Shown here one piece after another: positions 19,380-28,915 of a stretch of 64,000 nt of DNA. Origin of the DNA: Candidatus Norongarragalinales archaeon (GTDB taxonomy: Archaea > Micrarchaeota > Micrarchaeia > Norongarragalinales > Norongarragalinaceae); the NCBI GenBank assembly GCA_038884755.1, contig JAWABJ010000001.1, positions 636,953 to 700,952 of the forward strand. The letters run 5' to 3'. Each line of letters starts with the position of its first letter. Position 1 is the stretch's first letter. A program made the position numbers and the translations under genes. The notes under the pieces are model-generated. The model was given only the letters and a program-made list of their open reading frames with translations, ran no database searches and was not told the DNA's origin.

Positions 19380-19496
19380 GTGATTACAAAATTGCGGGCT
19401 GGAGGGAAATAAAACAAGCGGTTTCGCATACGTATTTATTCGCAAAACCTTTTTTCCTTTAAAACGGTTTTTTGGAAAGAGGGGAAAAGACGCGGG

Positions 19497-19829
19497 ATGA
19501 TAGGCGAATCGAGGCAGCCCAGGATAGTTTCCATAGGCAGGCAGCAGAAAAGCTTGATGGACTACCGCGAAGCTGGTGAGTACGTGCCCTACCGCAGGCA
19601 GACGCCGGCGTTTTACGCCGAGGCGAAACAGCTTTTCACCGACAACGAAATAATACTGCTCGCAATTTGGCTCGTTGTCTCTCCTTCCGCGGCGTTGGCG
19701 TACTTGATTTGGATAAAATACGAGCACTTGAGGCTTTTGGCACTGCTGCTGTTTGCGGTCGGAATAATCCACGCAGCCTACCAGTGGCAAGGCTTTTACG
19801 GGTTCGTTAGGAACCTCGCCGGTTTTTGA
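19497..19829 (+). CDS. small integral membrane protein, hypothetical
   Basis: Two predicted TM helices; ORF only. Confidence 0.4.
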   Translation: MIGESRQPRIVSIGRQQKSLMDYREAGEYVPYRRQTPAFYAEAKQLFTDNEIILLAIWLVVSPSAALAYLIWIKYEHLRLLALLLFAVGIIHAAYQWQGFYGFVRNLAGF

Positions 19830-19876
19830 AACGCGAGCGTGGGGTTTAAAGAATTCGCGACACAATTCTTTACGGT

Positions 19877-20207
19877 GGGCCTATAGCTCAGCCTGGACAG
19901 AGCAACTGCCTTCTAAGTCAGGCTTTTCTTTTCACAAAAGAAAAGCCCGACGCGGTAAAAGAAAACTCGGTTTTTCTTTGGCGCGGCGCCAACCGCACCT
20001 TTCTTTTCGTGAAAAAGAAAGGGGCAAGGCAGCAGGAGGTCGGGGGTCCGAAAGGAGGAGAAACCAAGGTTTCTCCTCTCTACGCCTCTTCCTTTCGAGG
20101 AAAGAGAAAGGCGCGTTGCGCAAGAAAAAATAGTTTTTCTTTGGCGGCGCCCTCGCCTTTCTTTTTTCTAAAAAGAAAGGCAAGGCACGGAAATCCCCCT
20201 AGGCCCG
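19877..20207 (+). tRNA. tRNA-Arg (UCU) candidate with two long (~115 and ~140 nt) introns: after anticodon loop (19917-20031) and within T-loop (20051-20190)
   Basis: Exon 1 GGGCCTA TA GCTC AGCCTGGACA GAGC A ACTGC CTTCTAA (19877-19916); exon 2 GCAGG AGGTC GGGGG TCCG (20032-20050); exon 3 AAT CCCCC TAGGCCC G (20191-20207); acceptor 7/7 bp, T-stem GGGGG/CCCCC; both introns end in the same CCTTTCTTTT-N5-AAAAAGAAAGG-GCAAGGCA module. Position 27:43 is A:G, so the anticodon stem has one mismatch. Confidence 0.55.
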
Positions 20208-20262
20208 CTTTTTTGCTGAAGAAAACGCAAGAGTTTTTATCGTTAGGCTGGTTAAGTATGCG

Positions 20263-21009
20263 ATGATAAAACTCAACGTTTTCCCCTTGGATTTGGAGTA
20301 CGACGATTCCGAAAAAAAACTTTACTTCGAGGGAGTCGAACTTTCGCCGAACGTGCGCACTCTCGGCGAAATGTCGAGCGTGGTTTTAGACAAGGTTTTT
20401 TTCGAGAAAGCCGACAAGAAACGCATTCAGTACTACATGTTCAGGGAGATTGCGAAGAAAGGCGACGTCGAGCTTTTCAAAACCCCGCCTTTGGAATTGT
20501 CTTACGACATTACGGTGATTCCCACGCTCGATTTGGGGAGGGAGTTCAACAAAACCCTGGGGCATTACCACCCGAAAAGCCCGTTTGGAGCGCGTTATGC
20601 CGAGATTTACGAAGTGCTCGAGGGTGAAGGGCATTACTTGCTGCAACGCCTTGATGAAAAAACGGGAAACGTTGACGACGTCATGCTTGTGATAGCGAAG
20701 AAAGGCGACAAAGTGGTAGTGCCGAACGGCTATGGGCACATTTCCATAAACCCCAGTTCGAAAACACTGGTTTCCGCAAACATCACGGGCGTTTTCAAGA
20801 GCGAGTACGACCCTTACAGGCTCAAGGGCGGAGGGGCTTATTACGAATTGATAGACGATTCGCTTTCTCCCAACGAAAACTACGCGAACCTTCCGCTCAT
20901 TAAAACGGTCGACGCCATGGACTTGCCTTTGAACCAGCAGTTCGACGGCGACAACATTTACGCGCAGTTCGTCGAAAACCCGACGAAGTTCGACTTCCTG
21001 AAAAAGTGA
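20263..21009 (+). CDS. pgiA: glucose-6-phosphate isomerase, cupin type (archaeal cPGI)
   Basis: Cupin signature TLGHYHPKSPFGARYAEIYEVLEGEGHYLLQ (metal-binding His/Glu) and GYGHISINP. Confidence 0.7.
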   Translation: MIKLNVFPLDLEYDDSEKKLYFEGVELSPNVRTLGEMSSVVLDKVFFEKADKKRIQYYMFREIAKKGDVELFKTPPLELSYDITVIPTLDLGREFNKTLGHYHPKSPFGARYAEIYEVLEGEGHYLLQRLDEKTGNVDDVMLVIAKKGDKVVVPNGYGHISINPSSKTLVSANITGVFKSEYDPYRLKGGGAYYELIDDSLSPNENYANLPLIKTVDAMDLPLNQQFDGDNIYAQFVENPTKFDFLKK

Positions 21010-21022
21010 TTGCCCGGCACAA

Positions 21023-22984
21023 TCATCTTCGCGCGAGGATGAGGAAAACAAGCAGCAAACCCAAAATCGAAAGGCCCATTGCCGCGTAATCGTACCACGG
21101 TTTTTCAAAACGCAGCACGACTTTCTCTCCCCGCTCGACCCCTTCCACCGCGACAAGCCCTCCTGCGGCTTCAAGCACGCGCAATTCTTTTCCGTTAGAG
21201 TAAGCTTTCCAAAGCGGGTAGTGCATTACCGAAACGAAAGCGAAGCCGCTTTCGGGCGCGGTGAAAACGAGTTCCCTCGCGCGTTCGTCAAACTCTGTTT
21301 CGAAAGCGACTCCTTCCTCAGAAGACGCCAAGCGCAACGCCTCGCTCGCGTTTTTTTCGTCGACAGAGTAATCCGAGCTTGCAGGTTTGGTTTTAGGAAG
21401 GGTGAAAACCTTGGAAAGCGGCTCGAACGAATGGCTGGAAACAAGCTCCCTCTCGAAAAACTCTTCCGCATCGTCCAAGTCAAGCAAAACGCCTTGGGAA
21501 ACGAAGCCGCCGACGCCAGGCGCTTCGTAAGTGATGACGTTGTTGCGCTGCTGCACGAGCACGAAGCGCACGTCTAGCAAGACCAGCTTGTTTTCGAACG
21601 AAACGGTGCCGTTGGAAAAGCCCAACCCGCTCACGAACGCTGAATACTCGGGATTGAGCCGCTCTGGGGGGTCGTAAAGCGTGGTGGAATTGCCGGAAAG
21701 CGAGACGAGCAGAACGTCGTCCTGCAAGTTCTGTCCTACAGTCAAAAACCGCCCTCCCCCGCCCCTGTAATCCAAAACCGAGTAGTAGTAGGAAATTACT
21801 GGAGCTACGGGAAAAGAGTATGACGGCGCGGGAATCGCCAGGGGGTTCAAATCCAATGCTATTGCCATCGTTACGAGCGCAATTGCAAACCAGCGGGGCA
21901 AATCGACGTTCGAAAACCGCGCTTCTATCGCGCGCGACGCGAAGCCGGCTGCCAGTGCGGCGAAAAAACTCAGGAAAAAAGCGGGTCTGGACAGCGTTTG
22001 GTTCAACGGCGACAGCGCTTGCGGGAAAAGCGTGTCGAGCAAAAAGAAAGCCAACAACGCTAAAATGGCGTGAGAGTGGGGCGTTTTTTCCTTAAGCGCG
22101 CGGTAAAAGAAAACTGCGCAAAGCGCGGCCACGCTGAAGCCCAAGTAAAGCGAGTGCACGGTTTCCAGAGAAAACTCGCGCTGGAACAAGCTAACCGCAA
22201 TATCCACGGGATTCACATTGCCCGCGCCGGAAGGCAGGTAGCGCGCCAAGTGCGTTTCCCGGAATTCGAACAAAAACGGCAGGAGAAAGAAGGACGAGGC
22301 GAGGATTGCGATTGCAATAGCCAAAGCCAATCGCTTTAAACCTTCGGCCGCCGCAAAACCGGAGCGCGTCAAGAAAACCCACGCGAAAGAAATGAAAATG
22401 AAATACGCGGCCGAAAGCGGGTGGGTGGAAAGGGCAACGGCAAAGAGGATTGAAAGCGCGGCCAACGCCTTTCTTTCAAATTTTTGCGAAAGGCTTTCGG
22501 CGCATAACAGAATCCAAGGAAGGAGGGCGTAAGCGAAAACGCGCGTCAACGAGCCCCACAATCTAGCTTCCACTGCCAACGGAAAGCTAAGCAACGCCGC
22601 CAAGGCCGCAACGAACGCAAAACGACCTTGCAAACCAAGCTTTTTCGCGAGGAAAAAAACTCCCGAGGCGAGGAGGAAGTATGAAACGAAAACTAGGAAC
22701 GAAAGAGAATTCCAGACTCCCATCACAACCGCGAACGCACCGCTCAGGAAGTAAAAAAAAGGCGGGTAGGTGCGCGAGAAAACGCTGTTGGTGAAAAAAT
22801 CGAAGGAAAAATCGAAATTCCCGCTTTCAAACTGGTGTTGGGCAAACCAAGTGCCGTAAGCGTGAAAGCCTATGTCGGTCCCCAAATTCGCTGGAATGCT
22901 TTGCTCGCCCTTCCAAGCGCTCGTGGCAAAAAGGCACGCTATCGAAAGCAAGAGTAGAAAAAACGCGCTTTCGTTCCATTCCAC
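21023..22984 (-). CDS. large polytopic membrane protein, possible GT-C-like glycosyltransferase / DUF2079-like
   Basis: ~13 N-terminal TM helices followed by ~250-aa soluble C-terminal domain; no WWDYG motif (not AglB). Confidence 0.4.
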   Translation of the reverse strand: MEWNESAFFLLLLSIACLFATSAWKGEQSIPANLGTDIGFHAYGTWFAQHQFESGNFDFSFDFFTNSVFSRTYPPFFYFLSGAFAVVMGVWNSLSFLVFVSYFLLASGVFFLAKKLGLQGRFAFVAALAALLSFPLAVEARLWGSLTRVFAYALLPWILLCAESLSQKFERKALAALSILFAVALSTHPLSAAYFIFISFAWVFLTRSGFAAAEGLKRLALAIAIAILASSFFLLPFLFEFRETHLARYLPSGAGNVNPVDIAVSLFQREFSLETVHSLYLGFSVAALCAVFFYRALKEKTPHSHAILALLAFFLLDTLFPQALSPLNQTLSRPAFFLSFFAALAAGFASRAIEARFSNVDLPRWFAIALVTMAIALDLNPLAIPAPSYSFPVAPVISYYYSVLDYRGGGGRFLTVGQNLQDDVLLVSLSGNSTTLYDPPERLNPEYSAFVSGLGFSNGTVSFENKLVLLDVRFVLVQQRNNVITYEAPGVGGFVSQGVLLDLDDAEEFFERELVSSHSFEPLSKVFTLPKTKPASSDYSVDEKNASEALRLASSEEGVAFETEFDERARELVFTAPESGFAFVSVMHYPLWKAYSNGKELRVLEAAGGLVAVEGVERGEKVVLRFEKPWYDYAAMGLSILGLLLVFLILARR

Positions 22985-22998
22985 CGCAAAAGCCCTTT

Positions 22999-24648
22999 TT
23001 ACATGTCCATGCCGGGACCGCCCGCTCCGCCCCCGCCAGGAGGCATTGCAGGCGCCTTGCCCTTGGAAGCGATTATGTCGTCAATGCGCAAAATCATTTC
23101 AGCGGCTTCGCTCGCAGACTGCATCGCCTGTTTCTTCACGCGAACCGGCTCTATGATTCCCAAATCACCCAAATCGTGGACGCGCGCCTTGTAAACGTCT
23201 ATTCCCAAGCCGGAGTTTTTCTTCTCGTGCTTGCTGCGCAAGTCCACGATAGTGTCAATGGGGTCCAGACCACAAGACTCGGCCAAAGCACGTGGAATCA
23301 CTTCCAGCGCTTCGGCGAAAGCGTGAATGGCCAGCTGCTCCCTTCCACCGACTTCAACCGCGTATTTGCGAAGGCGCATCGCCAACTCCATTTCAGTGCT
23401 GCCCCCGCCAGTCACGTACTTGCCATCCTCAACCGCAGACTTGACAGAGCCTATGGCGTCAACCAACGCCCGTTCAGCCTCGTCGACAACATGCTGCGTG
23501 CCCCCGCGAACCAAAAGCGTAACGCTTTTCGGGTCCTTGCACTTTTCTACGAAAACCATTTGCTCGCCCGCGACCTTGCGCTCTTCAACCAGCCCGGCGT
23601 GGCCCAAATCCTTGGTCCCGAGGTCGTCGAGAGTGGTTACAATGCGGGCGCCAGTAGCGCGAACGAGCTTTTCCATGTCGCTCTTTTTCACGCGCCTTGC
23701 GGAAAGTATTCCTTTCTTGGCGAGATAGTGCTGCGCAACGTCATCAATGCCCTTCTGGCACATGAGCACGTTCGCTCCGGAAGCCGCGATCTTGTCCACC
23801 ATTGCCCTGAGCATTTTCTCTTCCTGCTCCAAAAACGCGGTCATCTGCTCCGGCGAGGTTATGGAAATCCGCGCGTCAGTCTCAGTCTTTTCTATCTCCA
23901 ACGCCGCGTCGAGCAAAGCGATTTTAGCGTTCTCGATTTTTTTGGGCATTCCCGGGTGCACCACTTCCTTGTCGATGAGCACTCCGTTTATGAGGTTGGT
24001 CTGCATTACGTCCCCGCCCTGCTTTTTCTCTAGCTTAATGTAATCCTTGTCCACAGTAATCTTGCCGGCGCTTTCAACTGCAACTTGCGTTACCGCGTCT
24101 ACAACCATTTTCGCGAGAAAATTGCGGGCTTCGCCAGCTGAAACCGTTTTGCTCCCCATGGAAACAGCCGCGATTTTCTCGAGCGTAGCCTTGTCTTTCA
24201 AGCCCACGGTTTGCGAAACGGAATGCAATTCGTCAATCGCCTTTGCAGAAGCCATTTTGTAGCCCGCGATTATGGTCGAAGCGTGAATCGACTGGTCGAG
24301 CAAGTCTAACGCATTCTTCAAAAGCTCTCCCGAAAGCACGACAGCAGTAGTCGTCCCGTCGCCCACTTCCTCGTCCTGGGTTTTCGCGATTTCGACCATC
24401 ATTTTTGCAGCAGGATGCTCCACGTTCATTTCCTGCAAAATCGTGGCGCCATCGTTCGTTATCACTATGTCGCCCATGTCTGAAACCATCATCTTATCCA
24501 TTCCCCGCGGGCCTAGAGTCGTTTTGACTGCCGAAGCCACGGCATACGCCACGGCAATATTCGTCCTTTGCGCATCCCTTCCCAATAGCCTTGAAGAGCC
24601 TTCCGGCAACACCAAAACGTTTTGTCCGTTAATTTGTCCTTGAGTCAT
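22999..24648 (-). CDS. ths: thermosome subunit (group II chaperonin)
   Basis: 549 aa; equatorial ATP motifs (GDGTTT), apical domain, C-terminal GGM/GGAGG-rich tail. Confidence 0.95.
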   Translation of the reverse strand: MTQGQINGQNVLVLPEGSSRLLGRDAQRTNIAVAYAVASAVKTTLGPRGMDKMMVSDMGDIVITNDGATILQEMNVEHPAAKMMVEIAKTQDEEVGDGTTTAVVLSGELLKNALDLLDQSIHASTIIAGYKMASAKAIDELHSVSQTVGLKDKATLEKIAAVSMGSKTVSAGEARNFLAKMVVDAVTQVAVESAGKITVDKDYIKLEKKQGGDVMQTNLINGVLIDKEVVHPGMPKKIENAKIALLDAALEIEKTETDARISITSPEQMTAFLEQEEKMLRAMVDKIAASGANVLMCQKGIDDVAQHYLAKKGILSARRVKKSDMEKLVRATGARIVTTLDDLGTKDLGHAGLVEERKVAGEQMVFVEKCKDPKSVTLLVRGGTQHVVDEAERALVDAIGSVKSAVEDGKYVTGGGSTEMELAMRLRKYAVEVGGREQLAIHAFAEALEVIPRALAESCGLDPIDTIVDLRSKHEKKNSGLGIDVYKARVHDLGDLGIIEPVRVKKQAMQSASEAAEMILRIDDIIASKGKAPAMPPGGGGAGGPGMDM

Positions 24649-24777
24649 ACCACATCCACCTCTCTTGAAAAAGCATTGATACGATTAGAAACCGCAACTA
24701 CGCTGTAGCAAAAAGCGATTGCCTGAGAATTGACCTTCCATATTTATACGCGCAAAGTGTCTTTTAAAAATTTCGGT

Positions 24778-26493
24778 TCAGGTCCTTTTGCTCCTCGCTT
24801 CGATGACCTTCCGCTTGCCCTCGATTTCCTTGTCATCTATTTTCTTGAACAGGATTTCTGGCTCCCCCAGCGTGTGCCCGCTCTTCAAACCCAATTCCAA
24901 GGCATCATCCCACTCCACGCCTTCGAACCTCACGTTCAACTGCGAAAAAATCCGCCTGGAGGTGAACGGCACGAACGGCTCGAGGATTATCGCGATGCTA
25001 CGCAGCGCGTTCGCAGTGAGAAAAACGCAGGTTTTCGCTTTTTCGGGATCAGTTTTGATAGCATGCCACGGCGCGGAGTCGTTGAAGTACTTGTTTGCCT
25101 CGCGGGCGAGGCCTACGGCGCAATGCAACGCTTCCTGAAGCTTGTACGCCAAAAGCAGTTCACGCGTTTTCTTTACGCTATCCGCAATGGTTTTCTTGAA
25201 CGCCTTGTCGCCCTCGTCAAGCTTTTTCGAAACGGGGATTTTCGAGCCGTAGTTGTTTTTCGCGAAAACTAGGCAGCGTTGAAGCAAGTTACCCAGCGTG
25301 TCGGCCAAATCGCCGTTGACGCGTGTTTGAAACTCGCTCCAGAAAAAGTTGGTGTCGCTGTGCTCTGGCAGGATGGATAGGAGATAATAACGCCAGTAAT
25401 CCGCTGGAAACCAGTCCAGCGCCTCGTCCGTAAAAATGCCCCACTTGCGAGACGTAGAGAATTTTTCGCCTTCGTAATTCAAGAATTCGACACTCTTTAC
25501 CTGGTAAGGGAGTACGGCGTATTCCGACGCGAAAAGCACCGCCGGCCACGTCACCGTGTGAAACGCAATATTGTCTTTCCCAAGAAAATGGATTATTTTC
25601 GATTGCGGACCACGCCAGTACTCCTCCCACCTTGCGCTTTCCCCTTTCTCGTCGAAAAGCTGTTTTGTAATCGAGATATAGCCTATGGGCGCGTCGAACC
25701 AAACGTAGAAAACCTTGTCTTCGTACCCTTTCAGCGGCACGCGCACTCCCCACTGCAAATCGCGCGTTATGCAACGCTCCCGCAAGCCTTCGCGAATCCA
25801 CTGCAGCGCGAAGTTTCTCGCGTTGGAAGGCCACTGCTTTTGCTTTTCAATCCACTTGCGCAGTGGCTCGCTGACTTTCGGAAGGTCGAGAAACAAGTGC
25901 CTGCTCTCGCGGAAGTCGATGTTGTTTTTTCCGCAAATAACGCACGATGGGTTCAAAAGCTCTATCGGGTCGAGGACCTTGCCGCATTTTTCGCACTGGT
26001 CGCCCTTGGCGTAAGGGTAAGCGCAATGCGGGCACTTGCCGGCCACGTACCTATCCGGTAAAAACCGCTTGTCGGTCAGGCAAAACGGAAGCTTCAGGGT
26101 TTTTTCCGCAATCAACCCCTTCGCATGCAAGCGCTTGAACACTTCCTGTGTGGTCTCGTGGTTTTGTTTTGCGCTGGTACGCCCGAAGTAATCAAAACGC
26201 AATCCCCACTTTTCGTATATGCCGCGCTGGATTTCGTAGTACTTGTTGACGTAATCGCGAATGGGCGTTTTCTCTTCGAGAGCTGCGACTTCGCAGGCGG
26301 TCCCGTGCTCGTCCGTCCCGCATACGAAAATCACGTCTTCGCCCTGCAAGCGTAAAAAACGCGCGTAAACGTCGGCGGGAAGCATGCTTCCCAGTAGGTT
26401 GCCCAAATGCTTTACCCCGTTGACGTAAGGCAACGCGCTCGTGACAACTATCTTTTCCTTTGCTTTCGCCTTTCCCTTCAAGAAGCAAACCAC
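24778..26493 (-). CDS. metG: methionyl-tRNA synthetase
   Basis: HIGH-type motif (P-Y-V-N-G-x-x-H-L-G), KMSKS-like, CxxC zinc knuckles, anticodon-binding helical domain. Confidence 0.9.
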   Translation of the reverse strand: MVCFLKGKAKAKEKIVVTSALPYVNGVKHLGNLLGSMLPADVYARFLRLQGEDVIFVCGTDEHGTACEVAALEEKTPIRDYVNKYYEIQRGIYEKWGLRFDYFGRTSAKQNHETTQEVFKRLHAKGLIAEKTLKLPFCLTDKRFLPDRYVAGKCPHCAYPYAKGDQCEKCGKVLDPIELLNPSCVICGKNNIDFRESRHLFLDLPKVSEPLRKWIEKQKQWPSNARNFALQWIREGLRERCITRDLQWGVRVPLKGYEDKVFYVWFDAPIGYISITKQLFDEKGESARWEEYWRGPQSKIIHFLGKDNIAFHTVTWPAVLFASEYAVLPYQVKSVEFLNYEGEKFSTSRKWGIFTDEALDWFPADYWRYYLLSILPEHSDTNFFWSEFQTRVNGDLADTLGNLLQRCLVFAKNNYGSKIPVSKKLDEGDKAFKKTIADSVKKTRELLLAYKLQEALHCAVGLAREANKYFNDSAPWHAIKTDPEKAKTCVFLTANALRSIAIILEPFVPFTSRRIFSQLNVRFEGVEWDDALELGLKSGHTLGEPEILFKKIDDKEIEGKRKVIEARSKRT

Positions 26494-26651
26494 CGCTTAT
26501 CGGCAAACGCAAAAAAATATGGAAAAACAAGGTTAAAAATGAGCGTCGGGATTGCGCGCAAGCGCTTCACAAAAAGGGGGGGGGAAGGCTTATGCAGAAA
26601 TGCAGGAAATCTTTTGCTTCCAGCAAGGCTAAGAATGCATTTCTGCAGCTA

Positions 26652-26676
26652 TAGAAGCCGGATGCCGGCTTCTATA
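26652..26676. promoter_or_regulatory. perfect 11-bp inverted repeat CTATAGAAGCCGG-ATG-CCGGCTTCTATA downstream of small Cys-rich gene / upstream of metG; additional palindromes TTGCGCGCAA (26554-26563) and CTGCAGAAATGCA...TGCATTTCTGCAG (26594-26650)
   Basis: Read directly; candidate operator/terminator structures in the 180-nt metG leader. Confidence 0.4.
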
Positions 26677-26826
26677 TTATGCAGCCTTCTTCAAATCCTT
26701 GATTCTCTCTGCGACGCCCTTCGCCTCTTTTTCAAGAGACTCTTGGTAGTCCTCGAGCATCTCGATTTTCTCTTCCTTCGTCAGGAAGCCGCGCATGCCG
26801 TAGCACCCGCAGTCGTATCCACCCAT
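26677..26826 (-). CDS. small Cys-rich protein (49 aa; DUF5320-like), divergent from PadR gene
   Basis: MGGYDCGCYGMRGFLTKEEKIEMLEDYQESLEKEAKGVAERIKDLKKAA; below ORF-track cutoff; TATA-like tatttaaatata in divergent intergenic region. Confidence 0.45.
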   Translation of the reverse strand: MGGYDCGCYGMRGFLTKEEKIEMLEDYQESLEKEAKGVAERIKDLKKAA

Positions 26827-26909
26827 TTTGCACACCTCCCTATTTTGTTATCGGACATACGATATACAGCAAAACGCATATTTAAATATATCGGTCGTCC
26901 AATACGTTT

Positions 26910-27212
26910 ATGGGAAAAACCGATGCTTGCTGTGACATGCGGGGGATGCTGTCGTTCTTGTTGCTGTTCTTGATTTCGAAAAAGCCCATGCACGGGAAGG
27001 AAATAGCTGACGAGCTGGAGCGCAGGAAGGGAGAAAGGCCGAGCCCTGGAACCATTTACCCCGCACTGAAGGCTTTGAAGCAATCGGGGTTCGTGAAGGA
27101 GAAGAAATCGGGCAAGACGATTACGTATACCATTACCGACAGCGGGAAGCGGGCGTTGAAGGTTTCGAGGGATAGGTTTTGCAGGACGTTCGTAGAAGTT
27201 TTCGAGGCATGA
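26910..27212 (+). CDS. PadR-family transcriptional regulator
   Basis: Winged HTH with PMHGKEIADELERRKGERPSPGTIYPALKALKQSGFV pattern. Confidence 0.75.
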   Translation: MGKTDACCDMRGMLSFLLLFLISKKPMHGKEIADELERRKGERPSPGTIYPALKALKQSGFVKEKKSGKTITYTITDSGKRALKVSRDRFCRTFVEVFEA

Positions 27213-27218
27213 GGTATC

Positions 27219-27488
27219 ATGAGCGAAGCAACCGAATTAAGAAAGGAAATAGGAAAGCTCAAGGAGAGGAACACCAAAGTAGAGGCGGACAAGGCTTGGG
27301 AAACGAGCTGGGCGAGAAAACTCTTGATTTTCGTGCTTACGTATTTGGCTATGGTCGTTTATTTTCAAGCAACGGGACTTCCGAATCCGCTCGTCAATTC
27401 CTTTGTGCCAGCATTGGCTTTCGTCATTTCCACCCTAAGCCTGCCTTTCTTCAAGAAACACTGGACTGAAAGAATTTACAGAAAGTAA
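27219..27488 (+). CDS. small membrane protein co-transcribed with PadR (hypothetical)
   Basis: Coiled N-terminus + 2 TM; 7-nt spacing after PadR stop. Confidence 0.45.
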   Translation: MSEATELRKEIGKLKERNTKVEADKAWETSWARKLLIFVLTYLAMVVYFQATGLPNPLVNSFVPALAFVISTLSLPFFKKHWTERIYRK

Positions 27489-27490
27489 AA

Positions 27491-27631
27491 TGCTCCGCCC
27501 GGGATTCGAACCCGGGTTGCTGGCTGTCCATACGGCCTTTCTTTTTTCGTCGAGGTTTTTTCTTTCCGCGAAAGAAAAAAAAAAGGTCGTTTGAAAGGCC
27601 AGCGTCCTGGACCGGACTAGACGAGCGGAGC
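27491..27631 (-). tRNA. tRNA-Glu (UUC) with ~66-nt intron after the anticodon loop
   Basis: Acceptor GCTCCGC/GCGGAGC+A, D GTCT/GGAC, anticodon stem CTGGC/GCCAG loop CTTTCAA, T-arm CCGGG-TTCGAAT-CCCGG; intron contains T10-CTTTC-GCG-GAAAG-A6 hairpin. Confidence 0.8.
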
Positions 27632-27674
27632 TCTTCTAGCATTAGGGAATAGAAAGAATTTGCTCGCGCGGGTT

Positions 27675-28337
27675 TTAAATGATTTTTCTTTCGCGAAGTT
27701 TCGAGAAGACGAGCATGGAAACCTCTTCCTTGCCTTTTAGCCTCCCGTTTTCCATGCATTTTATGACGAGCCAGTGTTTTTCCTTCGCCAAACGCAGGTA
27801 GTTGTCGTAGACGGCGTTCGCGTAAAAAGCGTCTTTCTCGTGAATGTCTTTCTTGACCCCGCGAATCTTGTTCTTCCTTTTTTCAATCAGCCTTCCGCTT
27901 TGGACCGGCGGAACGTCGAGAAATATTACTATATCGGCTTTAGGCAACCCTTGCTCCACGCGTTCTATCCACTCGAGCATTCTTCTTCTTCGTTCTGCAG
28001 TAAGCCCCGCCGTCTGGTAAGCTAGGTTGGCTTGCGTATACCGGTCTAAAACGACGATGAAGCCTTTCCGCAAGTAATCTTCAATTTCGCCTTTGCGTGA
28101 ATACCGGTCCAAAGCGTAAAGCAGCGAGGCAAAGTGCTTTGAAACTTTCCCTCGCCCCCCAAATTTTCCCTTCAAGTAAAGCGCGATTAGCTTTCCCACG
28201 GGAGTGGCGTAAGAAGGAAAGTCCATCAAAACCGCTTTCTTTCCCGAGCGCTTGAGGTTTTTCACCAAAAGCTCTGCTTGCGTTTTCTTGCCCGAAGCGT
28301 CAATGCCTTCGAAAACGATTAAAGCCACTGAACCCAC
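27675..28337 (-). CDS. tmk: thymidylate (dTMP) kinase
   Basis: P-loop FEGIDASGKKT, DRY-like motif, lid region; 220 aa. Confidence 0.85.
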   Translation of the reverse strand: MGSVALIVFEGIDASGKKTQAELLVKNLKRSGKKAVLMDFPSYATPVGKLIALYLKGKFGGRGKVSKHFASLLYALDRYSRKGEIEDYLRKGFIVVLDRYTQANLAYQTAGLTAERRRRMLEWIERVEQGLPKADIVIFLDVPPVQSGRLIEKRKNKIRGVKKDIHEKDAFYANAVYDNYLRLAKEKHWLVIKCMENGRLKGKEEVSMLVFSKLRERKII

Positions 28338-28347
28338 CGTTGGAAAA

Positions 28348-28911
28348 CTATCTTATGAAATTGCGCAGCACTGATGCCGCGAAGGGAATAAGGATGTTGT
28401 CGTCTACCTTCAAGTCCACGCTTTCGACTACTGCCAGCAAAAGCGAGTATATAACGGCGTTTTGCAGGCCCAAAAAAAACATTGACGAAGCGACGCCCGC
28501 TAGGATGAAAGCGCCAAGTCCGTCCCAGGTCTTATTCTTGTTGAACGGAAGCGGGCGCGTGCCTGAAACGCCGACGAGCGTGGCGAAACCGTCTCCGAAA
28601 GCTAGAATTGCAAGGATTCCCATCGCGAAGTTGAAGTCAACCGCGGAAAACAGGAACAGGGCGCCTGCCACGTACGTGAGTCCGCCGCGCGCGGGAATGC
28701 GCTCGCGCCTGTCGAAGGTTTCCAGCATGAAGTCTATGAACTTGTTCCTCCACCCTTCGATTTTAAGCTGCACGAACATCAAGCCCAAAAGCAGGATTAT
28801 TCCCAAAAGCAGTATGGTCAAGTCGCGGCCTGCAAAGTTGGCTATGAACAAAAGCATGGTTCCGAAGAGCATGTGCAAAATCTGTCGTCCCAGTTCCACC
28901 ATTCGCAACAC
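28348..28911 (-). CDS. CTP-dependent polyprenol (dolichol) kinase-like / DUF92 family membrane protein
   Basis: 6 TM, conserved FGDGFATLVG motif of the dolichol kinase/phytol kinase family. Confidence 0.5.
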   Translation of the reverse strand: MLRMVELGRQILHMLFGTMLLFIANFAGRDLTILLLGIILLLGLMFVQLKIEGWRNKFIDFMLETFDRRERIPARGGLTYVAGALFLFSAVDFNFAMGILAILAFGDGFATLVGVSGTRPLPFNKNKTWDGLGAFILAGVASSMFFLGLQNAVIYSLLLAVVESVDLKVDDNILIPFAASVLRNFIR

Positions 28912-28915
28912 CGTT

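Noticed and set aside
19877-19917. Alternative fold of the tRNA-Arg 5' exon giving anticodon CUA (amber suppressor)
   Set aside because: Requires an 8-nt D-to-anticodon spacing and cannot pair with the downstream GCAGG-AGGTC-GGGGG exon as well as the UCU reading
19268-20190. Hairpin repeats as a CRISPR array
   Set aside because: Copies are palindromic, variable in length, irregularly spaced and embedded in RNA genes; no repeat-spacer periodicity
23003-26138. Antisense and shadow ORFs overlapping thermosome, metG, alaS, carB, secD, hel308 (e.g. 23176-24033, 25558-26061, 31776-32426, 36527-38044)
   Set aside because: Overlap strongly supported conserved genes on the other strand; amino-acid composition is low-complexity, Arg/Ser-rich
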